Positions 1 through 10,616 of a stretch of DNA of 64,000 bases are shown here, one piece after another. A program made the translations under genes and the position numbers. The DNA is from Candidatus Woesearchaeota archaeon (GTDB taxonomy: Archaea; Nanobdellota; Nanobdellia; Pacearchaeales; GW2011-AR1): assembly GCA_964410025.1 (NCBI GenBank), contig CAYPFA010000002.1, forward strand, positions 15,653-79,652. The letters are read 5' to 3'. Positions within the stretch are counted from its first letter, which is position 1, and every line of letters starts with the position of its first letter. Below the pieces are notes generated by a model, which was not told the DNA's origin, did no database searches, and saw only the letters and a program-made list of their open reading frames with translations.

Positions 1-3000
1 CCCAAAAACATCGACAGCAACATCACTAGATTCCAAAACAGCTGAACCATCACCAACACTTTTTTCCCACAAAACATTCCCATTAAAATCATACTTAGAT
101 ATAATTAATTCAGTATTATAATCTGGTGCCAATCTCTCTATATAACCACCAACAAAAACATTGCCAAAAACATCGACAGCAACATCAGACACCCAACCAC
201 TAGTTGATTTATTCCAAACCTGATTATCTGAAGAATTATATTTAGAAATAGAATAACCATCTACAATATATTGATTTCCAAAATCATCAACATCAATACC
301 ATACGCACCCGATCCAATTTTCCCGAGTGTCCTATAAGAAGATTGCACAAAAACCGTTCCATTTCTATACCAATCGCCAGAATATATAATCTCTTTTCCA
401 TAACCTGAAGTCGCATTAGCATAACAACTCAAATTTTCATTAGTATAATTTTTAATACCCGAACTAGCCAATCTTGCACTCGTTACATTTAACGGCACTT
501 GATAAATCATCCAAACACTCGAATTATTATTAGCCTGCCAAGCCAAATACGGATATTCATTATTAATGTTTGTTAAACCCTGAGTTATATTCCAACTACC
601 AAATGTTAAAATATTTTTCATCTGCGCAGTTGTCTTCGGTTCACCTCTTCCATCATTATCTGATTGCCCAGAAGTTTCAGAATCATAATAAGAATTAGTT
701 ATTGTTCCAGAAGAAGATCCTACTAATCCTCCGGTGTAGGAAGAGCCGACTACTTTCCCTATTGCATAAGAATTTGTAATTGTTCCGCCTCCGGCTTGCC
801 AACCAACAAAACCACCAACATAGTTTGTTCCCGTAACATTCCCAGTTGAATAAGAATTACTTACGGTTCCAGCAGAATAACCAATCAATCCTCCTGTGAT
901 CATACTGCCCCCACTAACCTTTACTCCAGAATAACAATTAGAAACGGCTCCACTAACCTGATAGCCAACCAAGCCACCTGTCCCAACACCAACACCCGTC
1001 ACATTTCCCGTCGAATACGAATTAGAGACTGTTCCTCCAGTCTGGTACCCAACCAAACCACCAACAACATCTGAACCACTTATATTTACATTAATCAATC
1101 CAAGATTAGAAATATCGCCAGAAGACCCTCCAAATAAACCAACATTAAATGTAGACGGCAAATTAATCTTCAAATTTGAAATAGTATTATTCTGACCATT
1201 AAAATTTCCGGAAAACTCATATCCTATCGTAGAGTTTCCAATCGGTACCCAACTATTTCCAATTCCGCTATAATATTGCGTTGCCGACGATAAATTTGCA
1301 GTCAAAATATAATACGCAGATAAATTATTTCTTACAGCATTCAAACTATACCAAGAATCTATTTGATAAGGATCTCCAGCAGTTCCACTTCCTGCTGCGA
1401 AAGTAGTTTCACTAATTGTATAATTCGACCAAGAAGAAACATTAAACTTAATTATTTCCGATGTCCTGTTATGACTTAAAATATTACATCCTGGAGCAAC
1501 ACAAAGAACTCCGTCTTTCAATATTTGAGGATTAACAAATTCAAAACTCGACAAATTCAAAGTTACATTTGCTGAACTGTTCAGGCTCGTAGCAGGAGTA
1601 ACATCCGAATTAACATATGCAAAATCATTTCCTATTTGCACCATCCCCAAAGGCAATACGGAATATCTCGTAGAAAAATTAGTTAAATATTTTAATTCTC
1701 CAAATTCATTAAACAGAACACTTTGTCTAAACAATATATTTCTCGTTGATTCATCAGAAGAATATCCGTCTCCAATATTTATTCCACCACTTAAATTAAC
1801 ACGAGAATATATCAAGGTCACAACGCCACCATATCCGCTTGCTGTGCCCCCCGCTCCTCCATATGCAGCAATTGAAGTTACATTTGAAGATGTTGCAGTT
1901 ATTGCTGCGCCGTTTCCGCCATTACCACCAAAAGATATGCCTCCGTATGCATTTATATCTCCTAACATATTTGAAGAAATTATATTTATTGCTGCGCTAT
2001 TTCCGCCACTAATAGCAAAAGAATTTCCACCATAAGCATTTATATTTCCAGAGATATTTGAAGAATTAATATTTATTATTGCACCACTTCCGGCAGTAGC
2101 ATACTCTGAATTTCCACCATAAGCATTTATATTTCCAGAGATATTTGAAGAATTAATATTTATTATTCCGCCGTTTCCAGCAAGTCCTTCATTAGAACTT
2201 CCGCCATAATTATTAATACTTCCAGTCACATTAGATGAAGTAATATTTATACCTGCGCCATTTCCGCCACTACTGGCAAAAGAATCGCCACCATAAGCAT
2301 CTATCTTTCCAGTTATATTCGAAGAAGAGATATCTATTGTTGCACCATTGCCACTAGCAGGATAAGATCCGCCAATCTCTCCTATTCCTCCATTTGCAAC
2401 AATATCTCCTGTTATATTTGACAAAGAAATATTTATTGCTCCAGCATTTCCGCTAGCAGAACCATACGCCCCCGAGCCCCCTGTTGTATTTATAAAAGCA
2501 ATAGTCGAATTGATCACATTAACAGCTCCGCCATTTTTTCCAGAATTTCCACTACCAACCATCCAATTACCCGCAGCAGTTGTAACGTTTTCTATAATTG
2601 AATTAATAATTCTAACATTTCCGCCAGCAGAACTATCTCCTCCATTAATACCATCTCCTCCCTGAGCAGATACCGACATTATCCTCGAACCACCAATTAC
2701 AACATCTCCTCCTCTTGATATTGCTGGACCATTACCATAATCTCCGTCATCGGAAATTATTGCTGTTATATTTGAATTTACTATCATAATTGCACCGCCT
2801 GAGCCACCTATGCCTCCATCTCCTCCGCTAACATTTATACTTCCAGAAATATTTGAAGAAGTTATATTTATTATTGCGCCATTTCCACCATTGCTATAAA
2901 TAGAATCTCCTCCGTTTGCGCTTATGTTTCCACCCATATTTGAAGAAACCATGTTGATAGATAACCCGCTGCCAGGATTACAATAAGATGATAATGACAA

Positions 3001-6000
3001 TGGAGAAAGAATATTCTCTCCTCCATTCGCATTAATATTTCCAGTTATATTTGACAGAGTAATATTTATTGCAGCGCCATTTCCACCATTACAATTATTT
3101 TCAGAGCTACTACTTGCAGAGACAGAACCTACGGAAGAATTAAAAATACCAATAGGAGAACTGTTCCCGCTACTACCTCCATATCCCCAGCCGGCTCCAC
3201 CATTCGCAATAATATTCCCCACAATAGAGTTGCTCATAGCTATCTGACCACTTGCACCACCGCTATCCAAAGATTCATCCCCAACACCTCCAGGTCCTCC
3301 ACTAGTATAAATCTCATTAATATTTGAAAAACTAATATTCACAAATCCTCCATTTCCCCCATTGCCTCCAATCAGAGTATAACCATCACTAACCGTCTGA
3401 GAACTACTTCCCAAGGCATACACATTCCCATCAATTATTAAATTATTCAAAACTAAATTAGTAAAAGCATCAAAGCCATTTCCTGTACTTAAATTAAAAC
3501 CAACAATAATAAATCCCGGTTCAGAACATGAATCTGAATTTAAAGCTGTGCAATACTGATTTTCCAACCTAGCAGCATTAACATTCCCAGTAATCGTAAA
3601 TCCATTTCCATCAATCGTAACATTATCTCCTCGAACATTACAATCTCCAGTAATATTATTTTGTAAATCATATCTTACAGGACTCCCATAGCTTAAATCA
3701 GAAGAACAATCATACAATAAATAATTTACTTCACCGTCTGTGCCATTGACCTCAAGACCAATTCCTCCAGAAACATTTATCGCCCAACCAGAATTTAGTA
3801 TAGAATAATTTAATGTAATTATCCCGCCAGAGCCACCATCTCCTGAACCCCCTCCTCCATGAACATCTATTAAAGTTGCACTAGATCCATCAAGTAAGTT
3901 AACTTCTCCACCAGAACAACCACCTAAAACTTCTCCTCCCGAATATCCTCCAAAAGAAAGAATATTTTCAACATTTGAATTTCTCAAAGTAACCAAACCC
4001 GCATCACAGCTTCCAAAAGAAGCGCCCATATCACTTACATCAACGAAAGAAGCATTTGAATTAATTAATTCTGCATAACTTGGAATACCCTTGTTGTCAG
4101 CAAAGGGGGCATTAGCACTAATATTTTGAGCACTAGAATTAAACAAATAAACATTCCCTCCTCCCCCTATAAAGACCATATTACCTCTTCCAAAAGTATT
4201 AATATTACCAGATATAATTGAGAAATTAGCTACCACCAAACCCCCGTTTCCTCCTCCCGCCGAATTATACCCCATAAAATCTTGTGAATCAATGCCACCA
4301 TAAGAATTAATCCCACTAACATTTGAAGAAATTAAAGTAACAGCACCACCACTTCCAACAGTATCACCGTATGCAATCCCCCCATAAGAATTAATAAATG
4401 ATACATTCGAATTATTCAGGGTCACGCTTCCCCCATTTCCTGAACCGCCTAAAGGAGCAGCCCCATTGCCTCCAATCAAACTAACATTTCCAATAATTGT
4501 AATATTATTTAAAATAAGTCCACCATAAGCCCCATATCCATTCATTAAAGTACCATCGCCATAATAATCATTTATTGAATTATTCGTCGCATTCACATTT
4601 CCCGTTACTGTAAATCCATTTCCGTTTATTGTAACATCATCAGCTCTAATAATTAAACAATCATTTCCTTCACCAGCAGAAATATCATTCAAAAGATTAT
4701 ATTCTCCTGCACTATTTAGATATCCACAATCAACAATATCAAAAGATGGAGCCTGATTAATCATCCAAACATAATCATTATTCGCAGCCTGCCATGCTAA
4801 ATATGGATAGCTATTAACGTCAGTCACATTAGAACTAATATTCCAACCACCAACATCATAAGTAAAAATATTTTTCATCTGCACAGTTGTCTTCGGTACT
4901 CCTCTTCCATCATTATCTGATTGCCCCGAAGTTTCAGAATTGTAATAAGAATTAGTAATCGTGCCCGAAGATAATCCTACAAGGCCTCCATAGTTAACGT
5001 CTCCATTATATACTATTCCAATTGAATATGAATTAGAAATTGTTCCTGATGCTTGATATCCGACAAGACCACCAACATAATCTGAACCAACATCTACATC
5101 TCCTATTGAATATGAATTAGAAATTGTTCCAGAAGATTGTCCAACAAGACCGCCAACGTAGTCACCATTTCCCTGGACATATCCTGTTGAATATGAATTA
5201 GAAATTATTCCAGAAGATTGTCCAACAAGACCGCCAGTCCAATCTCCATTGCTATAGGCGATTCCAGTTGAATATGAATTAGAAATTGTTCCGCCAACTT
5301 GATACCCAACAAGACCGCCAGTCCAATAATGACCTCTCACTTCTCCAGTTATATATGAATTAGAAATTGTTCCGCCAACTTGATACCCAACAAGACCGCC
5401 AACTATATCTCCATAACTACTAAAAGAAACATTAATCAGCCCAATATTAGAAACATTTCCCGTTATAAAACCAAAAAATCCGACCATATTTTCACCACTT
5501 CTGCTTATATCCGAAATAGTATTATTCTGCCCATCAAAATTACCAGAAAAAGAATAAGACAAGTCTCCCAAAAAACACTCTCCATCCGTTGGTCCACATC
5601 CTCCAATCGGCACCCAACTATCTCCCAAGCCGACATAACCCGCAGTTTCAGAAGATAAATTCGCAGTTAAAATATAATACGCAGTTAAATTATTTCTAGT
5701 CGCATTTAAAGCAGCCCAAGAATCTATTTGATAAGGATCTCCAGCAGTTCCAGATCCATGCATAAGCCACGAATCACAGCCACGTTGAGTTGTAAAGATC
5801 AATCCATTATTTGTATTCACACTGGAATTTAAACACCAAACATCATCATCTAAATTACCACCAGACACTCCACCTAAATTGTTATTTAAACTAGATTCTA
5901 AATAAATCCCTGTCCAATTATTTAAATTCGCACTTATATCAGATAAATTATTATTTGAACTATAATATAAATGGAGACCCACATAGCCATTTGAATTTAC

Positions 6001-9000
6001 AGTTATGTTTGAGAAAACATTACCTATACCCATAATATCTGAAACTCCATCACGCCCATTCTGTTCTGAAACTACATCAGAAAAGATATTCCCAGAATTT
6101 TCACCAATAGTAACGCCATCTATAGTTGAAGAAACATCAATACCAAAATTCAAATTATTAGAAGTAATTATGTTCGTCAAAACATTATTAGTTGAATTAT
6201 ACAAAGAAATACCACGCTCATTCTCGTTCGCAATAATATTGCTAAGATTATTATATTTAGAACTTTCTATATAAATACCCTCCTCCGAATTAGAATTTGC
6301 AGTTACATTATCTAAAACATTACTGTTTGCTGAATATAAATAAATACCATTTACAGAGTTAGAATTTGCAACAACATTTTCAATTTGATTTCCGCTTCCC
6401 AAAACACTCAAGCCAATATCACTATTGGATACATCCACGTTTCTTATTATATTATTCTGCTCGGTTACAATTCCTCCGTAAAATAATCCTGGGAAACCAG
6501 CAACTCCATGAACACTACTATCCTCCAGTATATTATTTGAGCCAAATAAATTTATTCCCGCCTCCACCCCGTAACTAACCGAAATTCTACTTAAGTTATT
6601 ATTATTACCAAAAACAAATATCCCAAAATAATTTGAATTTATAATATTTATATCACTAATCGTACTAAAAGAAGGCCCAGATGTAAGCTCCATTCTTCCA
6701 AAACTAATTGAGCCACCACCAACCAAACTTAAATCTCCGAAACCTTCAATTGTCATGTTTTTTATAGAAACACCACTCAAACCAGAATCAACAATAATCC
6801 CCCAATCACTACCAACAGAATCTCCACTTATTGTAAATCCATTCCCGTCTATTATAACATTATCCGCAGCTATATTAAAACAATTTTCTGTTGTTGTTAT
6901 ACTTTGATTCAATGTGTAAGTTCCTGGGAAGATGATATTCGTGCAATCATAAATTATATAATAAGTATCGGGAACAACAACACTCACACTTACATTTCCT
7001 GTTCTGCCTGGAGCAGCAGTATATATACCCGTAACATTAAAATCATTAAAATCATCCATCCAAGAATTATATGTAGCTGATGTGACAAAGTCTGACGAAT
7101 TTGTTAAAACATAATTAATCGCAGTTGCCCAAATATTAAATTCCGAATCGCTTCGGTTATACATTGGATAACCCCCATGATATCCCGAAAACATGTATGA
7201 TCCAGAAGGATCTGGGTCTAATGGACACTCTGCATCACAAGAAACTGTTAAATTAAGCGGGTATGTTCCATAACTAATATCAAAACTCTGATCACTCAAA
7301 TGCGGCGTTATCCATTCAATATAATCCAACTTCCCATTTCCATCCATATCATACGCATCAAAAGGAACATACTGATTTTCTTCAACCCAGTAAACACTAA
7401 TATTCCCCTCTTCACCTATATTATATATCTCAGAAATATTTGTAAAAGATAAAACATCAGTATAGTTCAATTCATCAGCAGCAGAAATAACAACCTGTTT
7501 TCCATAACTCGTTTCATTCTCAAAAGAAACCGGAGCTTCAGTATAATATTCTATACTATATTCTGTGGAATTCTGATCAATAACCAACTCAACAAAATAC
7601 TGAGAATCTGCAGACGAAGAAACATCTATTTCGCTCACAACTTTACCTGTCATTAAATTTTTAAAGAAATCAGAAATTTTTCCAGAAATTTTCTCAATCA
7701 GTGTAGGCTCTTTTTGTTCAAGTGAAATAACCACATTTCCCGTCAATAAACCACTTGTTTTTACATCAGAATTTTCAATATCACTCACACTAATATTTTC
7801 CGCACTAGCTGGCAGCTGAACAGTAATTTGCTCAGGCACATCAAGAGAAATATTTTGTGTCCATTTTACCTTTTCGCCAACCTTAATCTGCCCTCTTTCT
7901 GTTTTAACATTTATATTTCCCGAAGAAACCATCACATTAAAATCATTACTCTCAACCTGACCCACCGAACCATAGGCAACAATATTAGCTCTTCTAACTC
8001 CTCTAAAGTCTTCCTCGGGTATTAATGTCAAAATATTATTTTCAAAAACCACACTAAAATTATTTAAACTCAATTCATAACTCTCCGCTCCCACAAAATA
8101 TTTACCCAAATCCAAGCTATAATTTTCACCAGATTTAATTCTTATCGTTGGAATTTCTCCCACAAAACTTAAATTAGACAAACTATCATTAACCGCCTTA
8201 TCTATCACTGTTTCATTTTCCAAAGGCGCATTTTCATGAACATAAATTTGCTTTTCTATTTTAGCAAAATCAATTCCCTCATAAACCAATTCGATACTCA
8301 ATAAATTATCACTCACACTCAAATTCAATATATTCAAATCTAAAGCTATTGTCTTCGCAATATCTCCCAAATAATCTTCACCAAATCCACTTTCTTCTTT
8401 TTCATAATTAGTTTTAATAATTACCTTTCCATCCACAACACTTAAACCTAAAACAGCATCAGCAACACTTGCACTTCCCTCAATAATTTCAGCAACACAT
8501 CCTGAATCTAAATTATATTCGAAATCTTTTTCTTTACTAGCCTTTCCATCAACTTTAAAACCAGTAGGAGCAATAACATTTCCAGAAATTAAATTTACAG
8601 ATTCTTCAACAGAAGCTTCGGGAGCAGCACTTCCCTCGACTACCGGAGGAGAGGGAATGTTCTCTGAAGAAGTTTCTGAAACAATGGGAGTTTCAACAAC
8701 TGAAGTTTCTTCAATAACAGGAACAGTAGGGACTTCATTAGCTAAAGTTTCTTCTAAAACTGGAACAACAGGAAATTCCGTATTGAAAGCTTCTTCCACA
8801 TTCTCATTAATATTCCCCTCTGGATTATTTTCCACAACGGGAGTTTCATCAAAGCCAGAACATGTTACAGCTAATTTAAAATCAACCTCAGGATAAGTTA
8901 TTTTTTTACCCGCAACTCCAAAACCCTCTCCTGAATCCGAAAGCGCAATTCCCTCAGCATAAAATTTTCCATTCAAAGATTGTTCATTTATCAAATCTCT

Positions 9001-9237
9001 AAAAATATAATCATTAGAATAATTCCCCAAAGAAACTCTTAAAATAGAATTAACAGGAATCAATTCACCCGCCTTCATAGAAAGCTTAACTACTCCTTCT
9101 AAATTTTCTCCGACAATATAATCCTGTTTTATAGAAAAAATAGCATTACCCGTAGATGAAAAATTGTTACAAACTGCAAGGATTGCAATAACTAAAATGA
9201 TTAAAAAAATAACTCCATAAATATAGTTCTTACTCAT
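1..9237 (-). CDS. giant secreted/cell-surface protein, 3' end beyond window (at least 3079 codons): N-terminal hydrophobic anchor, acidic E/V/T/P linker, EF-hand-like Ca loop, parallel beta-helix repeats, two GLUG-repeat modules, Gly-rich Pmp-like ~29-aa repeats, SBBP-like beta-propeller repeats
   Basis: ATG at 9237-9235 gives MSKNYIYGVIFLIILVIAILAVCNNF. I hand-translated only spot segments (9237-9160, 7380-7321, 5400-5341, 4800-4741, 2109-2020, 560-500, 60-1), all open and in one frame. Continuity between them is inferred because the track lists no minus-strand ORF here, as expected if no stop falls in the window. Motifs read: GGLVGYQVGGTISNSY (GLUG), DMDGNGKLDY, SSNISGNINAYGGNS, DVAVDVFGNVFVGGY. 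Confidence 0.85.
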   Translation of the reverse strand, partial: MSKNYIYGVIFLIILVIAILAVCNNFSSTGNAIFSIKQDYIVGENLEGVVKLSMKAGELIPVNSILRVSLGNYSNDYIFRDLINEQSLNGKFYAEGIALSDSGEGFGVAGKKITYPEVDFKLAVTCSGFDETPVVENNPEGNINENVEEAFNTEFPVVPVLEETLANEVPTVPVIEETSVVETPIVSETSSENIPSPPVVEGSAAPEASVEESVNLISGNVIAPTGFKVDGKASKEKDFEYNLDSGCVAEIIEGSASVADAVLGLSVVDGKVIIKTNYEKEESGFGEDYLGDIAKTIALDLNILNLSVSDNLLSIELVYEGIDFAKIEKQIYVHENAPLENETVIDKAVNDSLSNLSFVGEIPTIRIKSGENYSLDLGKYFVGAESYELSLNNFSVVFENNILTLIPEEDFRGVRRANIVAYGSVGQVESNDFNVMVSSGNINVKTERGQIKVGEKVKWTQNISLDVPEQITVQLPASAENISVSDIENSDVKTSGLLTGNVVISLEQKEPTLIEKISGKISDFFKNLMTGKVVSEIDVSSSADSQYFVELVIDQNSTEYSIEYYTEAPVSFENETSYGKQVVISAADELNYTDVLSFTNISEIYNIGEEGNISVYWVEENQYVPFDAYDMDGNGKLDYIEWITPHLSDQSFDISYGTYPLNLTVSCDAECPLDPDPSGSYMFSGYHGGYPMYNRSDSEFNIWATAINYVLTNSSDFVTSATYNSWMDDFNDFNVTGIYTAAPGRTGNVSVSVVVPDTYYIIYDCTNIIFPGTYTLNQSITTTENCFNIAADNVIIDGNGFTISGDSVGSDWGIIVDSGLSGVSIKNMTIEGFGDLSLVGGGSISFGRMELTSGPSFSTISDINIINSNYFGIFVFGNNNNLSRISVSYGVEAGINLFGSNNILEDSSVHGVAGFPGLFYGGIVTEQNNIIRNVDVSNSDIGLSVLGSGNQIENVVANSNSVNGIYLYSANSNVLDNVTANSNSEEGIYIESSKYNNLSNIIANENERGISLYNSTNNVLTNIITSNNLNFGIDVSSTIDGVTIGENSGNIFSDVVSEQNGRDGVSDIMGIGNVFSNITVNSNGYVGLHLYYSSNNNLSDISANLNNWTGIYLESSLNNNLGGVSGGNLDDDVWCLNSSVNTNNGLIFTTQRGCDSWLMHGSGTAGDPYQIDSWAALNATRNNLTAYYILTANLSSETAGYVGLGDSWVPIGGCGPTDGECFLGDLSYSFSGNFDGQNNTISDISRSGENMVGFFGFITGNVSNIGLINVSFSSYGDIVGGLVGYQVGGTISNSYITGEVRGHYWTGGLVGYQVGGTISNSYSTGIAYSNGDWTGGLVGQSSGIISNSYSTGYVQGNGDYVGGLVGQSSGTISNSYSIGDVDVGSDYVGGLVGYQASGTISNSYSIGIVYNGDVNYGGLVGLSSGTITNSYYNSETSGQSDNDGRGVPKTTVQMKNIFTYDVGGWNISSNVTDVNSYPYLAWQAANNDYVWMINQAPSFDIVDCGYLNSAGEYNLLNDISAGEGNDCLIIRADDVTINGNGFTVTGNVNATNNSINDYYGDGTLMNGYGAYGGLILNNITIIGNVSLIGGNGAAPLGGSGNGGSVTLNNSNVSFINSYGGIAYGDTVGSGGAVTLISSNVSGINSYGGIDSQDFMGYNSAGGGNGGLVVANFSIISGNINTFGRGNMVFIGGGGNVYLFNSSAQNISANAPFADNKGIPSYAELINSNASFVDVSDMGASFGSCDAGLVTLRNSNVENILSFGGYSGGEVLGGCSGGEVNLLDGSSATLIDVHGGGGSGDGGSGGIITLNYSILNSGWAINVSGGIGLEVNGTDGEVNYLLYDCSSDLSYGSPVRYDLQNNITGDCNVRGDNVTIDGNGFTITGNVNAARLENQYCTALNSDSCSEPGFIIVGFNLSTGNGFDAFTNLVLNNLIIDGNVYALGSSSQTVSDGYTLIGGNGGNGGFVNISFSNINEIYTSGGPGGVGDESLDSGGASGQIAMSNSIVGNIIANGGAGWGYGGSSGNSSPIGIFNSSVGSVSASSSSENNCNGGNGAAINITLSNITGNINANGGENILSPLSLSSYCNPGSGLSINMVSSNMGGNISANGGDSIYSNGGNGAIINITSSNISGSINVSGGDGGIGGSGGAIMIVNSNITAIISDDGDYGNGPAISRGGDVVIGGSRIMSVSAQGGDGINGGDSSAGGNVRIINSIIENVTTAAGNWMVGSGNSGKNGGAVNVINSTIAFINTTGGSGAYGSASGNAGAINISLSNITGDIVANGGIGEIGGSYPASGNGATIDISSSNITGKIDAYGGDSFASSGGNGAGINITSSNVTGSINNYGGSSNEGLAGNGGIININSSNISGNINAYGGNSEYATAGSGAIININSSNISGNINAYGGNSFAISGGNSAAINIISSNMLGDINAYGGISFGGNGGNGAAITATSSNVTSIAAYGGAGGTASGYGGVVTLIYSRVNLSGGINIGDGYSSDESTRNILFRQSVLFNEFGELKYLTNFSTRYSVLPLGMVQIGNDFAYVNSDVTPATSLNSSANVTLNLSSFEFVNPQILKDGVLCVAPGCNILSHNRTSEIIKFNVSSWSNYTISETTFAAGSGTAGDPYQIDSWYSLNAVRNNLSAYYILTANLSSATQYYSGIGNSWVPIGNSTIGYEFSGNFNGQNNTISNLKINLPSTFNVGLFGGSSGDISNLGLINVNISGSDVVGGLVGYQTGGTVSNSYSTGNVTGVGVGTGGLVGYQVSGAVSNCYSGVKVSGGSMITGGLIGYSAGTVSNSYSTGNVTGTNYVGGFVGWQAGGGTITNSYAIGKVVGSSYTGGLVGSSSGTITNSYYDSETSGQSDNDGRGEPKTTAQMKNILTFGSWNITQGLTNINNEYPYLAWQANNNSSVWMIYQVPLNVTSARLASSGIKNYTNENLSCYANATSGYGKEIIYSGDWYRNGTVFVQSSYRTLGKIGSGAYGIDVDDFGNQYIVDGYSISKYNSSDNQVWNKSTSGWVSDVAVDVFGNVFVGGYIERLAPDYNTELIISKYDFNGNVLWEKSVGDGSAVLESSDVAVDVFG
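2021..2167 (-). repeat. in-frame 87-nt (29-codon) tandem repeat inside the giant gene
   Basis: The 60 nt at 2021-2080 are identical to 2108-2167. The same ~29-aa Gly/Asn/Ser unit recurs in diverged form from about 1840 to 3100. Confidence 0.9.
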
Positions 9238-9325
9238 CTGCCTCCTCTGCTCTCTTTTCATAAAAAATAATAAACATCAGACTTTATAAACTTTATAGAA
9301 ATAAATACCCCTCAATAAACCCTAA

Positions 9326-10108
9326 TTATATCGGTTGCACATCAATCCAAGCAACCTTCATTGTAAAAACCTGATTTGAATTCTTACTTGTTGGTTGTAT
9401 TTTCGGGCTATATGCCTCAGCCCACTCTACACCCGGAGCCCACATATTAAGATGTAAATGCATTGGACCAGAAGGCACATTAACTTTTTCTCTTCTAACT
9501 ACATTTCCATCTACGTACCAAATAACTTTATCCGGAAACCATTTAATCTCATATGTATGGAAATCATTTATTGTTCCTGAAGAGAAATTAACGAACTTCG
9601 GATGCCCTACGCCCAATGGTTCATTATCATAAATATTTGTATTAACTCCATTAGGCGAATTAGTCAAAAGCTCAAAATCTATTTCATCATGAAGTGTATT
9701 GCTTCCGTTTTTTAAATCATACAAAAAAATTCCACCAACAATTCCTGGCTTAGTTGCAATCATTCTCGCACGAACTTTTATATCCAAACCTGTTTTTATT
9801 GAAAAACTTTTATCACTAACTAAATCCGTACCATAAAAAGAAAAACCAGTTGGATTATAAGATTGCAATGTAATTAGCGCATTACTATTTTGAGAACTAG
9901 GAAGTAAAGAACTTTGCGAACATCTAAATTGCGTTCGACCAAGAAATGTTCCATCATTAGGAGAAACCCAAGTGGGAATATGCCAAATGTCTGAACTCGC
10001 AACATTTCCATTAAAATCGTCATAAAGTCTAACAGCTGCGCTCGCCATAGACGAAAAAAATATCATAGAAAAAATCAACAACACAGCAAATATTTTTTTG
10101 GTTTCCAT
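9326..10108 (-). CDS. secreted glycoside hydrolase family 16 (beta-glucanase/laminarinase-like)
   Basis: Signal peptide METKKIFAVLLIFSMIFFSSMASA; GH16 catalytic signature DEIDFELL (E-x-D-x-E). Confidence 0.8.
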   Translation of the reverse strand: METKKIFAVLLIFSMIFFSSMASAAVRLYDDFNGNVASSDIWHIPTWVSPNDGTFLGRTQFRCSQSSLLPSSQNSNALITLQSYNPTGFSFYGTDLVSDKSFSIKTGLDIKVRARMIATKPGIVGGIFLYDLKNGSNTLHDEIDFELLTNSPNGVNTNIYDNEPLGVGHPKFVNFSSGTINDFHTYEIKWFPDKVIWYVDGNVVRREKVNVPSGPMHLHLNMWAPGVEWAEAYSPKIQPTSKNSNQVFTMKVAWIDVQPI

Positions 10109-10212
10109 TTTAATAAATTATAATTCGGATTAACGCTTTATAATAATTTTCAATAGTTAGAATATATCATATAAATTATAAGAAAAATAAAGAATAGAAA
10201 AATACTTCCGCA

Positions 10213-10309
10213 TTTCATAACTGCGAGCGAGCAGCGAGCTTATAATATAAACAAATTTTTCATGAAAAAATTTGACAATTTCCTAAAGACTCTAGTTGCC
10301 TATTATAAA
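10213..10309 (+). repeat. bipartite-hairpin intergenic element, copy 1 (hairpin 1 degenerate)
   Basis: TTTCATAACTGCGAGCGAGCAGCGAGC, then hairpin 2 CAAATTTTT/AAAAATTTG, then ACAATT...CCTATTATAAA. The 3' end overlaps the stop of the minus gene at 10303. Confidence 0.7.
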
Positions 10310-10563
10310 GAACTATCTACCACTGTCCATCCACCCAATTCACTCTTCTCTAATTCTTCAGCTAACTTTAAAGCAAGCCCGTTAGAAGATTCCAATCTCT
10401 TCGGATTATCCAAAGCATCAGGGAAACAATAAGTAATATACCCTGGAAATAAACTTACATAAAAAGTTACATTATATTTATCATCTCTAACAATTAAGCT
10501 ATCGTCTCCAGCAGAAATATTTTTTAAACCAATATTTTTCGCAACTCCGAAAATATCATTCAC
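10303..10563 (-). CDS. hypothetical protein (86 aa)
   Basis: Track ORF with no recognisable motif. Confidence 0.45.
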   Translation of the reverse strand: MNDIFGVAKNIGLKNISAGDDSLIVRDDKYNVTFYVSLFPGYITYCFPDALDNPKRLESSNGLALKLAEELEKSELGGWTVVDSSL

Positions 10564-10616
10564 TCTTCTATTGGTTTCAACAACCCATTGATCATAACTT
10601 ATTTTTCTTATTATTT

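Noticed and set aside
1844-8896. Plus-strand track ORFs inside the giant gene (1844-2035, 5380-5658, 6005-6274, 6366-6578, 7828-8025, 8657-8896)
   Set aside because: They lie antisense to a minus-strand frame that was open and protein-like wherever I translated it. Their products are low-complexity mirror images of the Gly/Asn/Ser repeats.
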